Assembly: GCA_964359035.1 (NCBI GenBank)
Contig: CAYHRM010000002.1
Span: forward strand, 1-33,691
Origin: an uncultured Planctomycetales bacterium
GTDB taxonomy: Bacteria > Omnitrophota > Gorgyraeia > Gygaellales > Profunditerraquicolaceae
Direction of reading: 5' to 3'
DNA length: 33,691 nucleotides
A program made the position numbers and the translations under genes. Position 1 is the first letter of the stretch. Each line of letters starts with the position of its first letter. Below the pieces are notes generated by a model, which saw only the letters and a list, made by a program, of their open reading frames with translations, was not told where the DNA came from and did no database searches. Positions 1 through 6,826 of the stretch are shown here, piece after piece.

Positions 1-17
1 GTATCAAAGAACCACCG
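1..17 (+). repeat. 17-nt direct repeat, copy 1 (GTATCAAAGAACCACCG), truncated by the window edge
   Basis: Identical 17-mer recurs at 2255-2271. The two copies bracket feoAB. Confidence 0.8.
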
Positions 18-164
18 CCAACAAGGATAGGGCGCTGCTTCAAACAATGGACGGAAGGTGCCTTCCGTCGAAAAATTGAGGTGGCGCTCTTTTAAAAACT
101 CGTCATCCGAAGGGGAATAAAGTTCGGATTAGTCTCGATGAGCTTATAGGTAGAAAGTAAAAAA

Positions 165-395
165 ATGAAAAAATCCTTAGTGCAGATGAAGGAAAATCGT
201 AAGGGCAAGGTTATAGAGATTTTGGGAGGCACAAACTTGCAGGAAAGACTGATGAACATGGGCGTGTATAAAGGCAAAGAAGTTACCAAGCTCAGTCATA
301 TCGGCCTACGAGGGCCCGTAGTGATCAAATCAGGCAGAAGCATTTTCGCCTTAGGACACGGTGTAGCGGCTAAGGTGATATTGGAGCAGGAATGA
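165..395 (+). CDS. feoA: FeoA-family small protein (ferrous iron transport accessory)
   Basis: 76-aa ORF with an FeoA-like pattern (GKVIEI..G....RLMNMGVYKGKEV...GPVVIK.G.S.FALGHGVAAKV). Its TGA stop overlaps the ATG of feoB (ATGA). Confidence 0.85.
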   Translation: MKKSLVQMKENRKGKVIEILGGTNLQERLMNMGVYKGKEVTKLSHIGLRGPVVIKSGRSIFALGHGVAAKVILEQE

Positions 396-2122
396 TAAAG
401 AAGATTTATCTAATTGGTAATCCTAATGTCGGGAAAAGCGTGGTATTTTCCCGTCTTACCGGTGTCCACGTAATCTCATCTAATTATCCAGGCACAACCG
501 TAGAGTTCATCAAGGGTTATTTGAGTTTGGGAGATGAGAAGATTGAAGTCGTAGATTTACCGGGAACATATTCATTAGGGCCGACTTCAAGCGCCGAAGA
601 AGTAGCCGTTACCTTATTAAAAGAATATCCTAGAAACGAAATCGCTGTGATTAACATACTTGATTCAACTAATTTAGAGAGAAACCTACTTTTAACGTTA
701 CAATTGATTGAAGAAGGATTCCCGACAATTGCCTGTTTAAATATGTGTGACGATGCTGTTCATAGGGGAGTTCACGTCGATATTAAAAAGTTGGAGGAAA
801 TTTTACATATTCCGGTGATTTCAACCTGTGCCGTAACCGGGGTGGGTATAAAATTATTGATCGATAGAATAAGAGAGGCAGAGCCTGTTTCAAGGGGTAA
901 GCTTCCTAATGAAGAACGATGGAAAGAGATAGGGTATATCATTGATCAAGTTCAACATCTTGAACACCGTCATCACAGGTTAAGAGAGGTGTTAGAGGAT
1001 GCGTCCGTGCGGCCTTTGACGGGCCTGGTAATGGCATCGGGAATCATATATGTATCATTTAAAATCGTTAGGTTTATAGGTGAGTTTATAATCAGTAAAA
1101 TAACGGATCCGTTTTTTTATGGTACTTTCCAGAATTTGCTGGAAAAATTGACGTTTCATTGGCAGGAAAAAAGTTTTCTGTTCCATTTATTAATCGGCGA
1201 TTTGGTTAACGGGAAGATAGATTTTAAACAATCATTGGGAGTATTAACTACGGCTCCTTATATCGAATTCGGTATGGTATTACCATATGTGATATCGTTT
1301 TATCTTGTACTAAGCCTTTTAGAAGACATAGGATACTTACCGCGCCTGGCCATATTATTGGATAACCTGTTGCACCGTCTTGGCCTGCATGGTTATGCCA
1401 TTATACCGGTACTTTTAGGTTTTGGTTGCAATGTCCCCGGAATATTATCGACGCGTGTCTTGGAGTCAAAGCGAGAAAGATTTATCGCCTCAACTATTAT
1501 CTCTATCGGTGTACCATGTGTCCCGTTGCAGGCAATGATCATTGGGTTATTGGGCATATTCGGTGGGTTTTATGTAGGCGGAGTATATCTGGTTTTATTT
1601 TTTATAATTCTGGTATTAGGGTTGATTTTAAACCGCGTTCTACCCGGATATAGCCCAGAATTCTTGCTAGAAATTCCTCCTTACAGATTTCCACCTTTGG
1701 CAATCCTGGGAAGAAAATTATATTTTCGCGTTAAGGGTTTTTTGATTGAGGCGGTGCCGATTGTCTTAATAGGTGTTTTGGCTATCAATACTCTTTTATA
1801 TTTTAAATTGTTTGATATCGTAACAGGGATATTCGCGCCGGTTATTCATGGCTTATTTGGACTGCCAAAAGAAGCGATAGTCGCTCTGGCTATCGGTTTT
1901 TTAAGAAAAGACGTCGCGGTGGGTATGTTGGCGCCGCTGGGTCTTTCCGCTAAACAGCTATTTATTGCAGCAACGTTGTTGGCAATATCGTTTCCGTGTA
2001 TCGCAACGTTTATAGTTTTATGGAAAGAACTCGGCGTGAAAGCCCTGATTAAATCGGCTTTTATTATGATAACCGTTAGCATTATTGTGGGCGCGATGCT
2101 TAATTTTGTGATTCTACGCTGA
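392..2122 (+). CDS. feoB: Ferrous iron transporter FeoB (N-terminal GTPase plus polytopic permease)
   Basis: G-domain motifs GNPNVGKS (P-loop), DLPGTYSL (G3) and NMCD (G4), followed by a long hydrophobic multi-TM region. Translationally coupled to feoA. Confidence 0.95.
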   Translation: MIKKIYLIGNPNVGKSVVFSRLTGVHVISSNYPGTTVEFIKGYLSLGDEKIEVVDLPGTYSLGPTSSAEEVAVTLLKEYPRNEIAVINILDSTNLERNLLLTLQLIEEGFPTIACLNMCDDAVHRGVHVDIKKLEEILHIPVISTCAVTGVGIKLLIDRIREAEPVSRGKLPNEERWKEIGYIIDQVQHLEHRHHRLREVLEDASVRPLTGLVMASGIIYVSFKIVRFIGEFIISKITDPFFYGTFQNLLEKLTFHWQEKSFLFHLLIGDLVNGKIDFKQSLGVLTTAPYIEFGMVLPYVISFYLVLSLLEDIGYLPRLAILLDNLLHRLGLHGYAIIPVLLGFGCNVPGILSTRVLESKRERFIASTIISIGVPCVPLQAMIIGLLGIFGGFYVGGVYLVLFFIILVLGLILNRVLPGYSPEFLLEIPPYRFPPLAILGRKLYFRVKGFLIEAVPIVLIGVLAINTLLYFKLFDIVTGIFAPVIHGLFGLPKEAIVALAIGFLRKDVAVGMLAPLGLSAKQLFIAATLLAISFPCIATFIVLWKELGVKALIKSAFIMITVSIIVGAMLNFVILR

Positions 2123-2254
2123 ACAGTTCTTGAAAGGTGCGGATATGGATAAAAAATTGGTTTTCAAATTCAGAAAGGCGAATTAACCGAGCATAAATCG
2201 GGAGATGTGGAAGCGCCGACAGGCGCGGTAGATTAAACAAAGATCGTTCGAACA

Positions 2255-2271
2255 GTATCAAAGAACCACCG
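2255..2271 (+). repeat. 17-nt direct repeat, copy 2 (GTATCAAAGAACCACCG)
   Basis: Exact match to window positions 1-17. Lies 133 nt downstream of the feoB stop. Confidence 0.8.
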
Positions 2272-2448
2272 AATTAATTTTCATCATTTTGCAACGCAAT
2301 AACACGCAATAAGTTATATTAGTCTCTAAATAAATTTATACACTTTGTGTTCAATTTGTGCTTTTAAAATTTTAGCAAACTTTAGGAATGCTAAATTGCT
2401 TGTAATTGTGAGGGTTAAGCAGGATAATAAAAGTGTTCTGAAAAACTG

Positions 2449-2457
2449 TGGTATATT
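2449..2457 (+). promoter_or_regulatory. Candidate extended -10 promoter (TGgTATATT) for the two-CW gene
   Basis: TG-N-TATATT lies 26 nt upstream of the ATG at 2483. A strong SD (GGGAGGGG) sits at 2471-2478. No good -35 was found. Confidence 0.4.
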
Positions 2458-2482
2458 TAAGAGTGAATGAGGGAGGGGAATA

Positions 2483-2785
2483 ATGACTAAATTAAATTGT
2501 TGGGAATTTATGAAATGTGGTAGAGAAGTTGGTGGCAAAAATGTAGAACAATTAGGAGTTTGTTTAGCTGCAACTGAAATAAAAGCAAGCGGAATTCATA
2601 GCGGGATAAATGGCGGTGGATGTTGTTGGGCAATTGCGGGAACGCTATGTGGAGGAGAGATACAGGGTACTTTTGCTATGAAGTTAGGTTCTTGTATAAA
2701 ATGCGAATTTCATAAACTTGTAATAAATGAAGAAATGGATAAGTTTGTGCAGATAGGTGAAGTTTTTTTAAAACTTAAAAAGTAA
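2483..2785 (+). CDS. Stand-alone cysteine-rich 'two-CW domain' protein
   Basis: 100 aa with 9 Cys. N-terminal NCWEFMKCGRE and central GGGCCWAIAGTLCGG motifs (the two Cys-Trp pairs) plus a C-terminal CIKCEFH. This matches my recollection of the two-CW domain family named in RefSeq. Strong SD. Confidence 0.7.
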   Translation: MTKLNCWEFMKCGREVGGKNVEQLGVCLAATEIKASGIHSGINGGGCCWAIAGTLCGGEIQGTFAMKLGSCIKCEFHKLVINEEMDKFVQIGEVFLKLKK

Positions 2786-3029
2786 TTATGTTAGATTAAG
2801 AATTACACTCAAGGGTTGAACTTAACTGTTTTAGCTCTTTTTGTTTGTGCACAAAATGTGCCCATCCAAGTGAGAAATATCGGGGAACAAAGGGGATAAT
2901 TGAGAAACATCCAGACTCAAAGTTGTGCTTGCAATAAATAGTATATTGTTGTAACTTGTTGATATATCGACGGATGATGAAATTATTTAGGTAGATTCCC
3001 TACCTCCTGATATACTTTTTATTCTGTTT

Positions 3030-3671
3030 ATGAAAAAAATTGCTGTAGTAATTTTATTGTCGGCCATAGTGATATTTCTTTATGCAATCAAGCTTTGGGC
3101 TGAAGAGTATCCTTGGCAAAAGAGAATCAGCGAGGATGGGGTTTCGGTCTATACTCATAAAGTTGAAGGTTCGCCGATTTTGGAATTTAAAGCTGATGTC
3201 ACGGTGAACACGCCTATCAATCAGGCTATTTCATTATTTGAGAATGAAGAGAAAATGCCTGAGTGGTATTATCAGTGCGTCCTGGCAGAACTCATTCGGC
3301 AGGAAACCTCTGAGCAGAAAATATTTTATTTTGTCCTTCATTTGCCCTGGCCGGTGACTGAGCGGGATTCTGTTTTCCGGCGGGTTAGATCGACTAATGC
3401 GATAAGCGGAGTCATAACATATACGTTGAGCGCGCTTCCGGAGCAACTCCCCAGGAAAAAAGGGAAGATTCGTGTTCCTTATATTAAAACAGTCTGGAGT
3501 TTTACACCACTTATAGACGGAAAAACAAAGATTTATTTTCAGCAACATAGTGACCCTGGAGGTTCAATCCCCGGTTTTCTTGCCAATGCCCTCGTAGTAG
3601 ATATTCCCTTTAATAGCTTGAAGAATTTCCGAGCACTGCTAGTCAAAGTTTCATCGGCTAAGGGTAAATAG
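3030..3671 (+). CDS. Secreted or membrane-anchored START/SRPBCC-like lipid-binding domain protein
   Basis: N-terminal hydrophobic signal/anchor (KKIAVVILLSAIVIFLYAI). START-like motifs EWYYQCV and LPWPVTERDSVF. Confidence 0.6.
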   Translation: MKKIAVVILLSAIVIFLYAIKLWAEEYPWQKRISEDGVSVYTHKVEGSPILEFKADVTVNTPINQAISLFENEEKMPEWYYQCVLAELIRQETSEQKIFYFVLHLPWPVTERDSVFRRVRSTNAISGVITYTLSALPEQLPRKKGKIRVPYIKTVWSFTPLIDGKTKIYFQQHSDPGGSIPGFLANALVVDIPFNSLKNFRALLVKVSSAKGK

Positions 3672-3768
3672 TGCTTAGCTCTGTTCTATTCATTGATAAT
3701 AGAATCAGCAATTTTTATTTAATGAAAGCAATTTAATAAATTTTTACGATTTTTGTATACCAAATGAG

Positions 3769-3797
3769 TTGCGTAAGTGTAAGTTGTTGAGTATAAT
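3769..3797 (+). promoter_or_regulatory. Candidate sigma70 promoter TTGCGT-N17-TATAAT
   Basis: -35 at 3769-3774 and a perfect -10 at 3792-3797 with a 17-nt spacer, about 90 nt upstream of the PilZ gene. Confidence 0.4.
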
Positions 3798-3887
3798 AGC
3801 GATTGAAAAGGTGGGGTTTATTTCTCGTCTTTTGGAATAATTTTACTTATTTTGTAATATAATATCTATTAAGGGGAGTTTTCTAAA

Positions 3888-4259
3888 ATGCAAGATAGGC
3901 GAAAATATCAAAGATTTAATTTAGAAGATGCTGTTTTTTTGAAATTTGAAAGTGACCTTGCGAAAATCATCGAGGGTAAATTATTAGATATTAGTTTTGG
4001 CGGGTTAAGTATTTTTTTAAAAGAAAGTATTGAATTAGGTGCGATAGTTCAAGCGATTGTTCAGTTTAATTCTCCTAATGTTTTAGAGAAGCAGTTGGTT
4101 GGTAGGGGTACAGTTGTTCATGCTTCACAGTATAGCTTAAACGGGCAGGATGGTTTTAGAATAGGGTTGGAGTTTATAGAGGTAGATAAAGAGATCGTGA
4201 TTAATATTATTGATAAGCTTCGATCAAAAATTTTACATCAGATAAGAAAAAAAAGTTAA
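3888..4259 (+). CDS. Stand-alone PilZ domain protein (c-di-GMP receptor)
   Basis: Canonical PilZ motifs RRKYQR (RxxxR) and DISFGG (DxSxxG) at the expected spacing. 123 aa. SD AAGGGGAG. Confidence 0.8.
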   Translation: MQDRRKYQRFNLEDAVFLKFESDLAKIIEGKLLDISFGGLSIFLKESIELGAIVQAIVQFNSPNVLEKQLVGRGTVVHASQYSLNGQDGFRIGLEFIEVDKEIVINIIDKLRSKILHQIRKKS

Positions 4260-4306
4260 ATACATAGCTAAGGCATTCTGTACTTTTTAAATAAAAAAAT
4301 TAATCT

Positions 4307-4933
4307 ATGAAAATAAGAATTAAGACGGAAGATGACGATCAGGCAAAAAAGCAACTAATCAGTAAAATAAATTCTTTACAAGCGCAAGTAGATAAATTTG
4401 AGAAGATGAAATTTGGCTTTAATCGTAAAGATAAAGAATTGAAGGAATGTGTTAAGGGCCTTGAGGAGCGTGTGGAATGTCGCACTTTTGCTGAACGAAT
4501 CATTAATAAGCAGCTTCATGGAGAGATCGAAGAGCGTAAAAAATTAGAGTCTGAATTATTCAGAACAAAGCAATTTTTAGAAAATATCGTTAATGGGATC
4601 ACAGAGCAGATTAGCCTTGTCTCTAAAGATTTTAAGATACTTTGGGCGAATAAAACGTTTTTAGATCAATTTGATTGTAAAATGGAAGAGATACCGGGAA
4701 GTTACTGCTACGCGGTTACTCATAATCGGCAATCTCCTTGCCAGTCGCCACACGACACTTGCCCGGTCGCTAAAGTGTTAGAGACAGGAATGCCGATTAA
4801 AGAGATACATACTCATCACGGGCCGAAGGGGGACAGTTTATTAGAGGTCAGCGCTTATCCTATTAAGGATGAAAAAGGTGAGATCGTTGAGTTTGTGCAT
4901 ATAGCGAGAAATATCAGCGTAGTCAAATCGTAA
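4307..4933 (+). CDS. Coiled-coil plus PAS domain protein with a Cys/His cluster
   Basis: The N-terminal ~95 aa are heptad-like and charged. The C-terminal part is PAS-like (NIVNGITEQISLVSKDFKILWANKTF...VSAYPIKDEKGEIVEFVHIARNIS) and contains CYAVTHNRQSPCQSPHDTCP. Confidence 0.7.
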   Translation: MKIRIKTEDDDQAKKQLISKINSLQAQVDKFEKMKFGFNRKDKELKECVKGLEERVECRTFAERIINKQLHGEIEERKKLESELFRTKQFLENIVNGITEQISLVSKDFKILWANKTFLDQFDCKMEEIPGSYCYAVTHNRQSPCQSPHDTCPVAKVLETGMPIKEIHTHHGPKGDSLLEVSAYPIKDEKGEIVEFVHIARNISVVKS

Positions 4934-4948
4934 GAAAAATAGATTGAT

Positions 4949-6817
4949 GTGTCCTCGGAATTACTCGGAATCAAACCCATGATGATCGCCAGAATTTTTA
5001 ATCAAAAGTATAAGTTATTAGTCCTAAGCTCAATCATTTTGTTAGGGGGCCTTATTTATTCCAACACCTTTTATGGTTACTTTCATTTTGATGATAATCA
5101 TTCTATACTGGATAATTTTGCCATAACAAATATCTTAAATTTACCAGCGATTTGGAATTTCTGGCCCTCTCGTTTTATCACTTATCTCTCCATTGCTTTG
5201 AATTATCATCTCAGCCAATTAAATGTCCTAAGCTATCATATTTTTAACTTAATTGTTCATTTAGGTTCAGGAATTTTGGTTTGGTGGTTGATGCTGCTTA
5301 CTTTTTCTACTTCGGCTATGCAGGGGCAGAAGATTACTCAGCATGCCAAATTGCTGGCTTTTTTTGCCGGATTAATCTTTATTGCGCATCCCATTCAAAC
5401 TCAGGGAGTAACTTATATCATTCAGCGGGCAGTTTCTTTAGCCACTTTGTTTTATCTTTTATCATTAAGCCTGTATGTCAAATCCAGGCTCTTGCAACAG
5501 CAGGGGGGAAGCCTGATCGTTTTCAGGAGGTTCTATCATGGTGCATTAATTGCCGCAGTTTGTGCGATGTTCACTAAAGAGATGGCAATAACCCTGCCCC
5601 TGATGATTTTGTTGTATGAATTTTGTTTTCTGAAAACCAAAGAAAAACTTAATTGGAAACAATTTACTCCTTTTTTATTAACTTTATTGATTATTCCCCT
5701 GACGATGTTTTTGACTAAATCTGTTGATTTTATCGGCATGAAAATGACTCGAGGAACATCTCCTAACATTTCTCCTGGGCAGTATCTGCTTACTCAGTTT
5801 AGAGTTATGGTTACTTATATTCGGCTTATTTTTATACCTATAAATCAAAACCTAGATTATGATTATCCCCTAGCCAGTAACTTACTCGCATTACCCATTT
5901 TAGCCAGCCTTACTTTTTTAGCCTCAATTTTAACTATCTCCATGCGGATATTTTCTAAATATAGATTAATCGCTTTTGGTATTTTTTGGTTCTTTTTAAC
6001 ACTTATTCCTGAGTCTAGCGTTATTCCTATCAAAGATGTAATTTTTGAACATCGGCTTTATCTGCCCATGGTAGGGTTTAGTTTTTTTCTAGTAAGTCTT
6101 ATTGATTATCTTTTTGGAAATAAAACCCTTAAATCAATGGTTGTAATGCTGTTGATTATAACTACCTGTTATGCAGTGCTCACTTATAGAAGAAATCTTA
6201 TCTGGAAAGATGAGTTTACTCTATGGAATGATGTAGTGCATAAATCACCTAAAAAGGCGAGGCCTTACAATAGTCGTGGGAATGCCCATGAGGATCAAAG
6301 TGGGCCTCAGAAGGCCTTGTTTGATTATAATAAAGCGATTGAAATCGATCCTAATTATGCAGAGGCTTACAATAATCGTGGTGGTGTTTATTACCAGCAG
6401 GGCAACTTTACTCAGGCCGCCGCTGATTTTAATAAAGCGATTGCAATCAAGCCTAATTTTGAAAAAGCCTATTATAATCGCGGGGTTGGTTATTACGAGC
6501 AAAATAATTTTACTCAGGCTATTGTTGAATATAATAGAGCGATTGAAATCAACTCTAATTTTGAAAAAGCCTATTATAATCGTGGGGGCGTTTATTATCA
6601 GCAGGGTAACTTTACTCAAGCCATTTCTGATTATACCAAGGCGATTGAAATTAATCCTAATTTTGAAAAAGTTTATTATAATCGCGGAATTGTTTATTAT
6701 TTTCTGAAAGAATATGATCAGGCTTGGAAAGATGTGCATCGGGCAGAAGAGTTAGGATCTGTAGTTAATATTAAATTTCTTGAGGCGCTTAAGAAAGCAT
6801 CAGGAAGGGATAAGTAG
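4949..6817 (+). CDS. GT-C-fold (TMTC/PMT-like) membrane glycosyltransferase with C-terminal TPR repeats, paralog 1
   Basis: About 10 TM segments. First-loop FHFDD motif, as for the catalytic Asp pair of GT-C enzymes. FEHRLYLP motif. At least five 34-aa TPR units (AYYNRG..YYQQGNFTQAI.DY.KAIEINPNFEK). Start is uncertain: GTG at 4949 or ATG at 4979, where homology with the paralog begins. Confidence 0.75.
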   Translation: MSSELLGIKPMMIARIFNQKYKLLVLSSIILLGGLIYSNTFYGYFHFDDNHSILDNFAITNILNLPAIWNFWPSRFITYLSIALNYHLSQLNVLSYHIFNLIVHLGSGILVWWLMLLTFSTSAMQGQKITQHAKLLAFFAGLIFIAHPIQTQGVTYIIQRAVSLATLFYLLSLSLYVKSRLLQQQGGSLIVFRRFYHGALIAAVCAMFTKEMAITLPLMILLYEFCFLKTKEKLNWKQFTPFLLTLLIIPLTMFLTKSVDFIGMKMTRGTSPNISPGQYLLTQFRVMVTYIRLIFIPINQNLDYDYPLASNLLALPILASLTFLASILTISMRIFSKYRLIAFGIFWFFLTLIPESSVIPIKDVIFEHRLYLPMVGFSFFLVSLIDYLFGNKTLKSMVVMLLIITTCYAVLTYRRNLIWKDEFTLWNDVVHKSPKKARPYNSRGNAHEDQSGPQKALFDYNKAIEIDPNYAEAYNNRGGVYYQQGNFTQAAADFNKAIAIKPNFEKAYYNRGVGYYEQNNFTQAIVEYNRAIEINSNFEKAYYNRGGVYYQQGNFTQAISDYTKAIEINPNFEKVYYNRGIVYYFLKEYDQAWKDVHRAEELGSVVNIKFLEALKKASGRDK

Positions 6818-6826
6818 ATTAATTTA

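Noticed and set aside
96-164. Fur box or riboswitch in the feoA leader (nested pairing CTCGTC/GATGAG and ATCCGAA/TTCGGAT at 99-142)
   Set aside because: I could not recognise a Fur-box-like 19-bp AT-rich palindrome or any known riboswitch class. The stems are short (6-7 bp, one with a G-U pair) and could be fortuitous.
92-289. 65-aa minus-strand ORF overlapping the feoA start
   Set aside because: It is antisense to a well-supported feoA and has no motifs. Its composition is typical of a shadow ORF.
1426-2082. ORFs 1426-1653 (+) and 1846-2082 (-) inside feoB
   Set aside because: They are alternative-frame or antisense ORFs within a continuous, motif-rich FeoB reading frame.
1-2271. 17-mer repeat as a CRISPR repeat or IS terminal repeat
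   Set aside because: There are only two copies, 2.2 kb apart in direct orientation. There is no regular array, no cas gene and no transposase. The region between them is an ordinary feoAB operon.
3234-3548. 104-aa minus-strand ORF inside the START-like gene, and similar shadow ORFs at 5281-5577, 5536-5769, 9970-10164, 14699-14887, 16130-16549, 19088-19372, 23590-23817, 24230-24412, 27559-27873, 31861-32091 and 33456-33638
   Set aside because: Each is fully embedded in, or antisense to, a longer ORF with recognisable domain motifs. None has an independent signal.
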